64,000 nt of DNA from assembly GCA_902765725.1 (NCBI GenBank), contig CACXAT010000010.1, positions 2,542 to 66,541 of the forward strand. The letters are read 5' to 3'. The stretch is from an uncultured Lachnospiraceae bacterium (GTDB lineage: Bacteria > Bacillota > Clostridia > Lachnospirales > Lachnospiraceae). Within the stretch, counting starts at the first letter, position 1. Every line of letters starts with the position of its first letter. Of this stretch, positions 26,341-35,800 are shown one piece after another. Position numbers and translations under genes: made by a program. Below the pieces are notes generated by a model, which did no database searches, had not been told where the DNA came from, and was given only the letters and a program-made list of their open reading frames with translations.

Positions 26341-27750
26341 ATGAAACTGCGAAGCATATGCGCCATCGCTGCATGTAAACTGACTAGGCAGGCTCTGCGG
26401 CTGCTGCACCGGGGCGGCACGGCCCTTCCGGGCAAGGCGGCGCTCCTCTTTGACCCGAAGATCCTGGAGAAGGTGAGCGCGGGCATGGAGATCATAGTCG
26501 TCACGGGGACGAACGGCAAGACCACGACCTGCGGCATGCTGGAAGGCGCACTGCGCGATGCCGGGCGGCCCTGCCTGTCCAATAAGTCCGGTGCCAACCT
26601 GCTGTCCGGCGTGACCGCCGAGCTGACCTGCAACACCACCTGGAGCGGGAAGCCGAAGACTCGTTATGCGGTGATCGAATGCGATGAGGGCGCCCTGAAG
26701 CAGGTGGTGCCCCTGATCCGTCCGAAGGTGATCGTCGTGACCAACCTGTTCCGCGACCAGCTGGACCGCTATGGGGAGGTCATGCACACTCTGGAGGAGA
26801 TCCGCACCGGCGTTCTGCGGTCTCCCGGCAGCATCCTGTGTCTGAACGCGGACGATTCCCTGACCGGGTCGCTGGCCCTGGACGTACCAAATCCTGTGGT
26901 CCGGTACGGGTTCGACATCCCCACTGGAGAACAGAAGGATCCTGCTCTGTCGGACGCCAGGTACTGCATCCGCTGCGGCGCGCCATACAGCTACCACTAT
27001 CACACCTATGCCCACCTGGGCGGATTCTACTGTCCGAAGTGCGGCTACAGCAGGCCGCAGGCAGATGCCGCAGTGACGAAGATCCTGAAAATGAACCAGG
27101 ACGGGACCTGCTGCCGTGTCCGCCTGCCCGAAGACGGCTGGACGCCCGGTACAGGCCAGGGCTGCGCGGATTCGTATGAGATGGAGATTACCGTAGGGCT
27201 TCCCGCGGTGTACAACCTGTACAATGCCATGGCCGCTGTCTGCGCCTGCGCCGCTTTCGGGCTGAGTGCGAAGGAGAGTGCCCTGTCCCTGAAGGCAGTG
27301 CACAGCAGCTTCGGAAGGATGGAGACCTTCACTGTGGGGAAGACCTCCCTGCAGATGATCCTGGTGAAGAACCCGGCAGGCTGCACCCAGGCGCTGGAAT
27401 ATCTGGCTTCGGCCGAGAAGCCCTGCAGGGTGCTGCTCTGCCTCAATGACCGGACGGCGGACGGGCACGACATCTCCTGGATCTGGGACGCGGATTATGA
27501 AAAGATCTGCAAGGATCCGGGCCTTACCGAGATCGTGGTATCCGGCGACCGGGCGGAGGACATGCAGCTGCGCCTCAAATACGCGGGGGCGGATACCGGC
27601 CGCATACGGCTGATCCGGGAGATGAAGGAGGCTGTGAGCTGGATCGAAGCCTCCCGGACACCGGTCTATGCCCTTCCCAACTACACCTCGATGCTGGAGC
27701 TTCGGGAGGCGGTCAGGGAGAGGACAGGAGCCAGTGAATTCTGGCAGTAA
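26341..27750 (+). CDS. murT: Lipid II isoglutaminyl synthase subunit MurT
   Basis: GTNGKTTT, GANLLSG, NLFRDQLDRYGE, zinc motif CIRC..CPKC, KNPAG, DGHDISWIWD, PNYTSML. Confidence 0.9.
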   Translation: MKLRSICAIAACKLTRQALRLLHRGGTALPGKAALLFDPKILEKVSAGMEIIVVTGTNGKTTTCGMLEGALRDAGRPCLSNKSGANLLSGVTAELTCNTTWSGKPKTRYAVIECDEGALKQVVPLIRPKVIVVTNLFRDQLDRYGEVMHTLEEIRTGVLRSPGSILCLNADDSLTGSLALDVPNPVVRYGFDIPTGEQKDPALSDARYCIRCGAPYSYHYHTYAHLGGFYCPKCGYSRPQADAAVTKILKMNQDGTCCRVRLPEDGWTPGTGQGCADSYEMEITVGLPAVYNLYNAMAAVCACAAFGLSAKESALSLKAVHSSFGRMETFTVGKTSLQMILVKNPAGCTQALEYLASAEKPCRVLLCLNDRTADGHDISWIWDADYEKICKDPGLTEIVVSGDRAEDMQLRLKYAGADTGRIRLIREMKEAVSWIEASRTPVYALPNYTSMLELREAVRERTGASEFWQ

Positions 27751-27789
27751 GATGACAGTTAGAAGGGCAGGAAGAAGGAAGGAAATACT

Positions 27790-28542
27790 ATGGGCATGGA
27801 GCTGAAGATCTGCCACCTCTACCCGGAGGTGCTGAACCTGTACGGGGACAGAGGCAATATACTGTGCATGAAGAGGCGCCTTGAGGCGCGCGGCATCTCC
27901 TGCAGCGTGACCCTGGCAGGGATCGGAGACAATCCGGACCTGACACAGTTTGACCTGTTTTTCATCGGGGGAGGACAGGACTTTGAGCAGGAGGTCCTTC
28001 TGGACGACCTTCGGGGCGGCAAGGGGGATTCGATCCGCAGCGCGGTCCTGGACGGGAAGACCTTCCTGTGCATCTGCGGCGGCTACCAGATGATGGGCCA
28101 TTATTACCAGACCCATGACGGGGTGAAATGTGAATTCCTTGGCGCGGTGGACCTGCATACGGTGGGCGGCAGGAAGCGGATGATCGACAACTATGCATAT
28201 GTACTGGGAGAAGAATCAGGCGGCAGCACAGTTGTCGGCTTCGAGAACCACAGCGGCAGAACTTATCTGGGAGAGGGGGTGCAGCCTCTGGGCAGGGTCC
28301 TGAAGGGCTGCGGCAATAACGGTGAGGACGGAACCGAGGGCGTCCGCTTCCGCAATCTGTTCGGGACCTACAGCCACGGGCCGGTCCTTCCCAAGAACCC
28401 GCAGTTTGCCGACGAGATAATAAAAACCGCGCTGCAGTACAAGTACGACAGCGCGGATCTGGAACCGCTTGATGACAGTATGGAGATGCAGGCCCACAGC
28501 AGAGTCCTGAGACACTATTTACACCTGAGTGAATCTGTCTGA
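27790..28542 (+). CDS. gatD: CobQ-like glutamine amidotransferase GatD
   Basis: NLYGDRGN, GGGQD, ICGGYQ (Cys), GFENHSG, YSHGPVLPKNP; directly follows murT. Confidence 0.9.
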   Translation: MGMELKICHLYPEVLNLYGDRGNILCMKRRLEARGISCSVTLAGIGDNPDLTQFDLFFIGGGQDFEQEVLLDDLRGGKGDSIRSAVLDGKTFLCICGGYQMMGHYYQTHDGVKCEFLGAVDLHTVGGRKRMIDNYAYVLGEESGGSTVVGFENHSGRTYLGEGVQPLGRVLKGCGNNGEDGTEGVRFRNLFGTYSHGPVLPKNPQFADEIIKTALQYKYDSADLEPLDDSMEMQAHSRVLRHYLHLSESV

Positions 28543-28554
28543 AGTCTTCGCAGG

Positions 28555-30138
28555 TTACACTCCGCTGTCCCCGTAGTTGGACAGGACTCTGGCGGAGGGA
28601 TCATTTACATCACAGCCTTCCCACTCCCGGTTCGGCATCCAGAAGTCTGCAACCATCTCCGACTGCCCCGGATAGTATTTCTCGAAGATATCGCGGTAGA
28701 GCAGGGATTCTTTCGTGAAGGGCTGCGCGTGGGTATAGCGCGCGCGGCCTTCCTCGAAGGCTTCGTCCGAATACATCGACTCAGCGTAGTCCTGAAGGTC
28801 ATCGCGCAGGGAGTGTCCCACCGCGTCCGAGAAGGCGGCCTTCTCGCGCATCAGGATGCTGAAGGGGATAAGGTCGTCCTTTTCAAATGCGTGGCGCAGC
28901 AGGTATTTTCCGATCCCGTAGGTATTCATCTTCTTTGCAGGATCGATATGCATGACATAGTCCACAAAGTCCAGATCGCCGAAGGGAACTCTCGCCTCAA
29001 GAGAGTGAACAGAGATACTGCGGTCGGCCCTCAGCACATCATACATGTGGATCTCACGGATCCTCTTCTGAGCCTCCTTCTGGAAAGCTTCCGCGTCCGG
29101 GGCAAAATCCGTATATTTATAGCCAAACAGCTCATCCGAGATCTCGCCGGTCAGGATGACGCGAAGGTCTGTGTTCTCGTGGATCCATTTGCAGACCAGA
29201 TACATGCCAATGGAGGCCCGGATCGTGGTAATGTCGTAGGTGCCGAGGGCGTAGATGACCGGCTCCAGCGCATTGATCACATCGTCACGGTTTATGATGA
29301 CCTCATGGTGATTGCTGTGGATATACTCCGCGACCTGCCTTGCGTATTTCAGGTCGATGGCGTCCACATCCATTCCGATGGCAAATGTCTCCAGAGGCCT
29401 GCCTTGCATCTTCGCCGCCGCGCCGCATACCAGGGACGAATCCAGGCCGCCGGACAGCAGGAAGCCGATGGGCGCGTCCGCGTCCAGACGCTTGGCGATG
29501 CCCCGCAGAAGGCGGTCATGGATCTGGCGGGAGATCTCGTCCAGGTCATCCTCCAGATAATACTGCGCCTGTGAAGGATCGTGGTAGCAGATGAACTCCC
29601 CGTCCCTGTAGTAGTGTCCGGGCGGGAATGGGCGTATCTTCCCGCAGACCGGCACCAGCATCTTGGGCTCGGAGGCAAATACGATCGAGCCGTCTTTGTC
29701 ATATCCGTAGTACAGCGGCCGGATCCCGATGGGATCGCGCGCCGCGATAAATGAATCCGCTCCGGCATCGTACAGGACCAGGGCAAACTCCGCGTCCAGA
29801 AGGGAAAACATGCTGCACCCAAGCCGTTCATACAGGGGAAGCAGGATCTCGCAGTCACTGCCGCTCTCAAAGCGGTATCCCAGGGAGATCAGATATTCCT
29901 TCAGAGGGCGGAAACCATACAGCTCTCCGTTGCAGACGCAGGCATTGCCATTTCTGAAGAAAGGCTGCATCCCGGCCTCGGACAGTCCCATGATCGACAG
30001 ACGGCCGAACCCGAGCACGCCGCCCTTCACCCGGGCCGTCCTGGACATATCCGGTCCGCGGGAAGCGGCGATATCCAGAAGCTCCCGGCAGGTGTCCTCT
30101 GAAATCTTACTGCTGCAATACCCCAATACCGTACACAT
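28555..30138 (-). CDS. asnB: Asparagine synthase (glutamine-hydrolysing)
   Basis: N-terminal Cys2, RGPD, NGELY, ARDPIGIRPLY, LLSGGLDSS, TGEISDELFG, EARVPF, REKAAFSD. Confidence 0.93.
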   Translation of the reverse strand: MCTVLGYCSSKISEDTCRELLDIAASRGPDMSRTARVKGGVLGFGRLSIMGLSEAGMQPFFRNGNACVCNGELYGFRPLKEYLISLGYRFESGSDCEILLPLYERLGCSMFSLLDAEFALVLYDAGADSFIAARDPIGIRPLYYGYDKDGSIVFASEPKMLVPVCGKIRPFPPGHYYRDGEFICYHDPSQAQYYLEDDLDEISRQIHDRLLRGIAKRLDADAPIGFLLSGGLDSSLVCGAAAKMQGRPLETFAIGMDVDAIDLKYARQVAEYIHSNHHEVIINRDDVINALEPVIYALGTYDITTIRASIGMYLVCKWIHENTDLRVILTGEISDELFGYKYTDFAPDAEAFQKEAQKRIREIHMYDVLRADRSISVHSLEARVPFGDLDFVDYVMHIDPAKKMNTYGIGKYLLRHAFEKDDLIPFSILMREKAAFSDAVGHSLRDDLQDYAESMYSDEAFEEGRARYTHAQPFTKESLLYRDIFEKYYPGQSEMVADFWMPNREWEGCDVNDPSARVLSNYGDSGV

Positions 30139-30169
30139 AGATATCCCTCCTGTTTCTGTATCCGGATAT

Positions 30170-30213
30170 AAAAAGGGACGCAGACTCCGGCACAGCCGGA
30201 CGCCCTTGTCCCC
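30170..30213 (-). promoter_or_regulatory. asnB leader: ANTAR-type hairpin overlapping an intrinsic terminator
   Basis: Minus strand GGAC-[AAGGGC]-GTCC (plus-strand 30198-30211), then CCGGC-TGT-GCCGG and GCGTCCC-TTTTTAT. Confidence 0.6.
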
Positions 30214-30237
30214 GATCCGCTCATTTATTTACTGAGG

Positions 30238-30267
30238 ATTCTTACACACCGAAAGAATGAAAGTCAA
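30238..30267 (-). promoter_or_regulatory. Putative sigma-A promoter of asnB
   Basis: Minus strand TTGACT, 17-18 bp spacer, TG-TAAGAAT. Confidence 0.45.
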
Positions 30268-30325
30268 CACAGAATGGTTAGTTTCAACATACCCGTTTGG
30301 TATGACAAATCCTGTCCTTCATGTA

Positions 30326-30355
30326 TTAGACGATACTTTTCCGGTATGTTATAAG
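30326..30355 (+). promoter_or_regulatory. Putative sigma-A promoter of glnA
   Basis: TTAGAC, 18 bp spacer, TGn-TATAAG. Confidence 0.5.
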
Positions 30356-30363
30356 GGAGAAAT

Positions 30364-30440
30364 AAAGCAAAGGCGCTTTGAAGGAGCCGCCCCGGGGAAC
30401 ACCCGGGAGACGGTTTCGCTCAGAGGCCTTTTTTGTTTTT
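30364..30440 (+). promoter_or_regulatory. glnA leader: ANTAR-type hairpin overlapping a long intrinsic terminator
   Basis: AAAGC-[AAAGGC]-GCTTT (30364-79). Alternative stem AAAGGC/CTTTGA/GGAGCCG/CCCGGG pairs with CCCGGG/CGGTTTC/TCAGAG/GCCTTT, followed by TTTGTTTTT. Confidence 0.7.
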
Positions 30441-30493
30441 CTGGTCCTGCCGGCCCGGCCGGTCAGGAGGATGCAGCAGAAGGAGGAACTATT

Positions 30494-32602
30494 ATGAAGA
30501 AGGCTACATCGATTCCGGACATGTACGGCAGTCTTGTTTTCAGCGACAGAGTCATGCGGGAGCGTCTGCCCAAGGATATCTATAAGGCAGTTCATAAAAC
30601 GATCCAGAATGGAACACATCTGGAACTGGATGTGGCCAATTCTGTAGCGGCAGTCATGAAAGAGTGGGCGATCGAGAACGGCGCGACTCATTTCACACAC
30701 TGGTTCCAGCCGATGACCGGTCTGACCGCGGAGAAGCATGACAGCTTCATCGCCCCGGAGGGAGACGGCACGATCATCATGGAATTCTCCGGCAGGGAGC
30801 TGGTCAAGGGAGAACCGGACGCCTCCAGCTTTCCCTCCGGCGGCCTGAGAGCCACCTTCGAGGCCAGGGGCTATACCGCGTGGGATCCCTCTTCACCGGC
30901 ATTTATCAAGGATGGCTCCCTGTATATCCCGACCGCGTTCCTGTCCTACGGAGGAGAGGCGCTGGATAAGAAGACCCCGCTCCTTCGTTCCATGGAAGCG
31001 CTGAGCAGACAGGCTGTGAGAGTCCTGCAGCTTCTGGGAGAGAAGGACGTTACCCGGGTGACCACGACCATCGGATCGGAGCAGGAGTATTTCCTGATCG
31101 ACAAGGAGATGTACCTTGCCAGGAAGGACCTGCTGCTGTGCGGAAGGACCCTGCTTGGCGCCCCGGCGCCCAAAGGCCAGGAGATGGAGGATCATTACTT
31201 CGGTGTTCTGAAGCCGAGAGTATCTGAGTTCATGCATGAGCTGGATGAAGAGCTCTGGAAGCTGGGGATCCCGGTCAAGACCAAGCACAATGAGGTCGCC
31301 CCGTCCCAGCACGAGCTGGCACCGGTCTTTGAGACCGCCAATGTCGCGGTCGACCACAACCAGCTGACCATGGAGACCATGAAGAAGGTTGCCGACAGGC
31401 ATGGTTTCGCATGCCTGCTCCACGAGAAGCCCTTCGACGGTGTCAACGGCTCGGGCAAGCACAACAACTGGTCGATCCAGACCAACACGGGAGTCAACCT
31501 CCTGAACCCGGGCAGGCATCCGGGCGAGAACCTGGTCTTCCTGACCTTCCTGGTATCCGTGATCGCGGCAGTTGATAAATATGCAGATCTTCTCAGAGTC
31601 TCCGTCGCGTCTGCCGGCAATGATCACCGTCTGGGCGCAAATGAGGCTCCGCCTGCCATCATTTCCATATTCCTGGGAGATGAGCTCACGGCAGTTCTTG
31701 ATTCCATGGAACACGGCGAGACCTTCGAGAGTGCCGGAAAACAGCAGATGGGAACCGGCGCCCAGGTCCTGCCGCACATCACAAAGGATACGACAGACCG
31801 CAACAGAACCTCGCCCTTCGCATTTACCGGCAACAAGTTTGAGTTCCGCATGCCCGGCTCGGCCCTGTCTGTGGCAAACCCGAACATCGTTCTGAACACG
31901 GCGGTGGCGGACACGCTGTCTGACCTGTACGACGAGCTGGCGCAGATTCCGGAGGAAGAGCGGACGCAGAGACTTCCCGGCCTGCTGCGCAGCCTTCTGA
32001 AGCAGCACAAGAGGGTGCTCTTCAATGGAAACGGCTACACCGACGAGTGGATCGAAGAGGCACACAGAAGAGGACTTGACGATCTGAGAGCGCTTCCGGA
32101 TGCCATGCCCAGATGGATCAGCGACAAGAGCGTCGCTCTGTTCACAAAGCATCAGGTGCTGACGAAGGAAGAACTGTTCTCCCGGTACGAGATGGTCCTT
32201 GAGAATTATTACAAGGCGATCCATATCGAGGCGCTGACGCTGCAGGAGATGGTCCGCAAGGACTTCATCCAGGGCCTGGTCTCCTATACGAAGGACCTGG
32301 CGCAGGAAGCGTCCCTCAAGAGAAGCCTTCTTCCGCAGGCCGCCTGCAGCCTGGAAGAAAAGATCCTTGAAGGTCTGGAGGCAGACGGCGTCCAGATCGC
32401 GCAGGCCCTCGACACCCTGCACACAGACATCCGGACTGCGGAGAAGATTGAAGGTGCGCAGGAGAGCGCGGAGTACTATGAGCGCACCGTCCTGAAGGAT
32501 ATGGAGCAGCTCCGGGCAGCTGTAGACCATGCAGAGGAGCGGATCCCGGACAGCTATCTGCCCTATCCGACCTACAGCAAGATCCTGTTCTCGACGCTGT
32601 AA
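30494..32602 (+). CDS. glnA: Glutamine synthetase type III
   Basis: [73 protein letters not shown]; ATG 30494 follows AGGAGG. Confidence 0.95.
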   Translation: MKKATSIPDMYGSLVFSDRVMRERLPKDIYKAVHKTIQNGTHLELDVANSVAAVMKEWAIENGATHFTHWFQPMTGLTAEKHDSFIAPEGDGTIIMEFSGRELVKGEPDASSFPSGGLRATFEARGYTAWDPSSPAFIKDGSLYIPTAFLSYGGEALDKKTPLLRSMEALSRQAVRVLQLLGEKDVTRVTTTIGSEQEYFLIDKEMYLARKDLLLCGRTLLGAPAPKGQEMEDHYFGVLKPRVSEFMHELDEELWKLGIPVKTKHNEVAPSQHELAPVFETANVAVDHNQLTMETMKKVADRHGFACLLHEKPFDGVNGSGKHNNWSIQTNTGVNLLNPGRHPGENLVFLTFLVSVIAAVDKYADLLRVSVASAGNDHRLGANEAPPAIISIFLGDELTAVLDSMEHGETFESAGKQQMGTGAQVLPHITKDTTDRNRTSPFAFTGNKFEFRMPGSALSVANPNIVLNTAVADTLSDLYDELAQIPEEERTQRLPGLLRSLLKQHKRVLFNGNGYTDEWIEEAHRRGLDDLRALPDAMPRWISDKSVALFTKHQVLTKEELFSRYEMVLENYYKAIHIEALTLQEMVRKDFIQGLVSYTKDLAQEASLKRSLLPQAACSLEEKILEGLEADGVQIAQALDTLHTDIRTAEKIEGAQESAEYYERTVLKDMEQLRAAVDHAEERIPDSYLPYPTYSKILFSTL

Positions 32603-32637
32603 GCAACTGAAAGTACCTGCGATGGCCGTACTTTGAG

Positions 32638-32795
32638 CTGTGAAGGCAATCCTGCACAACCGTAGGAAGCCGACTGCGCTTTGCGAGTTGCCTGCACGTG
32701 CGTGAGCGACCACGTGCCTATAGGAGCGGAAGCACGTGCATATGCAACCGAAGCAAAGCAAAGGCAGGCGACGTGTTTGCAGGATGCCTTCGCAG
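32638..32795. repeat. 158-nt nested imperfect palindrome between glnA and gltB
   Basis: Nested arms CTGTGAAGGC/GCCTTCGCAG, ATCCTGCA/TGCAGGAT, GCTTTGC/GCAAAGC, GTTGC/GCAAC, TGCACGTGC/GCACGTGCA. Confidence 0.75.
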
Positions 32796-32836
32796 TGAGA
32801 AGACGGCCGAAAGACCAGTACAGGACAAGAAAGCTT

Positions 32837-35800
32837 ATGAGAGACTCATATTTTCTGAAAGAACGCGATGCCTGCGGCATCGGCACGGTCGTCAATATCG
32901 ACGGAACAAGAGAGTACGGGGTACTGGATGATGCTCTCCATATCGTGGAGAAGCTGGATCACCGCGCCGGAAAGGACGCTACCGGAAAGGTGGGAGACGG
33001 CGTGGGGATCCTGACCCAGATCCCTCATGGTTTCTTCAAAGCAGCTGCTGCCAGGGAGGAGATCTTCCTGGGGGAAGAGGGCGAATACGGAATCGGTATG
33101 CTGTTTCTTCCCAGAGATACCATGAAGCGCATGTTTGCCATGCGGATGATGGAGGTGATCATCCGCAAAGAGCAGCTGCCCTTCCTCGGATGGAGAAAGG
33201 TGCCGGTGCGCCCGCAGATCCTGGGGGAAAGAGCAGTGGAGTGCATGCCGCCCATCTGGCAGTGCTTCATAGGGAAGCCGGAGCGCATACAGAAGGGCAT
33301 CGACTTTGACCGCCGGCTCTATGTCGTGCGACGCGAATTCGAGCAGAGCTCCGAGGATACCTACATCTGCTCCATGTCTTCGCGCACCATTGTGTACAAG
33401 GGGATGTTCCTTGTACATCAGCTGAGAGAATTCTACTGCGATCTGCGCGATCTGACCTATGAGACTGCGATCGCTATCGTGCATTCCAGGTTCTCGACCA
33501 ACACCACGCCCTCCTGGATGCGGGCCCACCCCTACCGGATGATCGCGCACAACGGAGAGATCAATACGATCCGCGGCAACATGGACCGTATGCTGGCCAG
33601 GGAAGAGACCATGAAGTCCCAGTTCCTCCAGGAGGATCTGGACAAGATCTACCCGGTCATCGCACAGACGGGGTCTGACTCCGCGATGCTGGACAATACT
33701 CTGGAATTCCTCTACATGAACGGGATGGATCTTCCCCTTGCCATGATGGTGGCCATCCCAGAACCCTGGAAGCACAATGACTTCATGTCGAGGCAGAAGA
33801 AGGATTTCTATCATTACTACGCGACCATGATGGAACCCTGGGACGGCCCTGCGGCAGTCATTTTCTCAGACGGCGAGATCCTGGGAGCGACACTGGACCG
33901 CAACGGGCTGCGGCCGTCCCGCTATTATGTGACGGATAACGGCCGGCTGATCCTGGCATCGGAGGTCGGCGTGCTGGATATCGATCCTGCGCATATCAAG
34001 GTGCGCTCGAGGCTGGAGCCGGGCAGGATCCTGCTGGTGGATACGAAGAAGAAGCGGATCATACCCGATGAGGAGTGCAAGGAGATGTATTCCGGAGCCC
34101 ATCCCTACGGAGAGTGGCTGGACCGCTGCCTTCTGCATCTGGCACAGCTGCCGATCCCGAACCGGAAGATCCGCGTCCACAGCCAGGAGATGAGAGACCG
34201 TCTCTACAAGGTATTCGGATATTCCTACGAGGATGTGAAGGAGCAGATCCTTCCGATGGCGGAAAATGGGATCGAGAGTACGGTCTCGATGGGGCATGAC
34301 GCCCCGCTCGCCCTGCTCTCGAAGCATCATCAGCTGCTGTACTGTTATTTCAAGCAGCTGTTCGCCCAGGTGACGAATCCGCCCATCGACTCCCTGCGCG
34401 AGAAGGTTGTCATGGATACCACCGTGTATATCGGGTCGGACGGTGATCTTCTGGAAGAGAAAGCGGACAATTGCAGGGTGCTGGAGATTAACAACCCGAT
34501 CCTGACAGGGGTGGACCTGATCAAGATACGGTCTCTGGACAGGGAGGGCTTCCGCTCGAGAGTCATCTCCCTGCTGTACTACAAGAACACCTCCCTGACC
34601 CATGCCCTGGAGCAGCTCAACATCGCAGTGGACCGGGCGGCGGCTGAGGGATATAACATCCTGATCCTGTCCGACAGAGGCGTCGACGAGAACCATGTCC
34701 CGATCCCGGCTCTGCTCGCGGTCTCGTCTGTGGAGCAGCATCTGGTGATCACAAAGAAGAGGACCGCCGTCTCTCTGATCCTGGAGAGCGGGGAGCCCAG
34801 AGACGTGCACCAGATCGCCTGCCTGATGGGCTTCGGCGCCCGCGCGGTCAATCCGTACCTTGCCCATGAGTGCATCGCGGAGTTGATCGATACGGGGATC
34901 CTGGACAAGGATTATCATACGGCGATCGATGACTACAACAAGGCGCTGCTGTCAGGCGTTGTGAAGATCGCGGCGAAGATGGGAATCTCCACGCTGCAGT
35001 CCTATCAGTCCGCGCGCATCTTTGAGGCAGTCGGTCTTGGCAGCGATGTGATCGACCGCTGCTTTGCCGGCACGGTCAGCAGAGTCGGCGGGATCGGGAT
35101 GAAAGAGATCGGGGAAGATGTGGAGATACGCCATGATCAGGGATTTGATCCCCTTGGCCTTACAGTGGACACAAAGCTGGACTCCATCGGCTTCCATTCG
35201 CTTCGAAGCGGCCCCGACAAAGAGGACCATCTGTACAGTCCCGAGACGATCGTGACCCTGCAGAGGGCGGTGCGGACAGGCGACTATGATCTGTTCAGAC
35301 AGTATACTGCTCTGGTGGATGATGAGGAGCGACCCCACACCCTCAGGTCCCTGCTTCAGATCATCCCGGCAGGTCCGGCGATCCCGCTGGAGGAGACGGA
35401 GAGTGAGGAATCGATCGTAAAACGCTTCCAGACAGGGGCGATGTCCTACGGCTCTCTCTCCGCGGAGGTGCATAAGACGCTGGCCTGCGCCATGAACACC
35501 ATCGGCGGCAAGTCCAATACCGGAGAGGGCGGAGAGGACGAGAAGCGCTTCGGAACCATCTATAACAGTGCCGTAAAACAGGTGGCATCGGGAAGATTCG
35601 GCGTTACCTCCGCTTATCTCAACAGTGCCTCCGAGATCCAGATCAAGATGGCGCAGGGGGCCAAGCCCGGTGAGGGCGGACACCTTCCCGGCAGGAAGGT
35701 CTATCCCTGGGTGGCGGCGACCCGCTATTCCACGCCGGGGGTATCACTGATCTCCCCGCCGCCTCATCATGACATCTACTCGATCGAGGACCTGGCGCAG

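Noticed and set aside
30257-30493. N-terminal extensions in the ORF track (glnA from 30257, gltB from 32681, cstA from 16563, SBP from 54993, pyrG from 41848, pyk from 50210)
   Set aside because: They run through promoter, terminator or palindrome DNA. The downstream ATGs give family-typical N-termini, and most have clear SD sequences.
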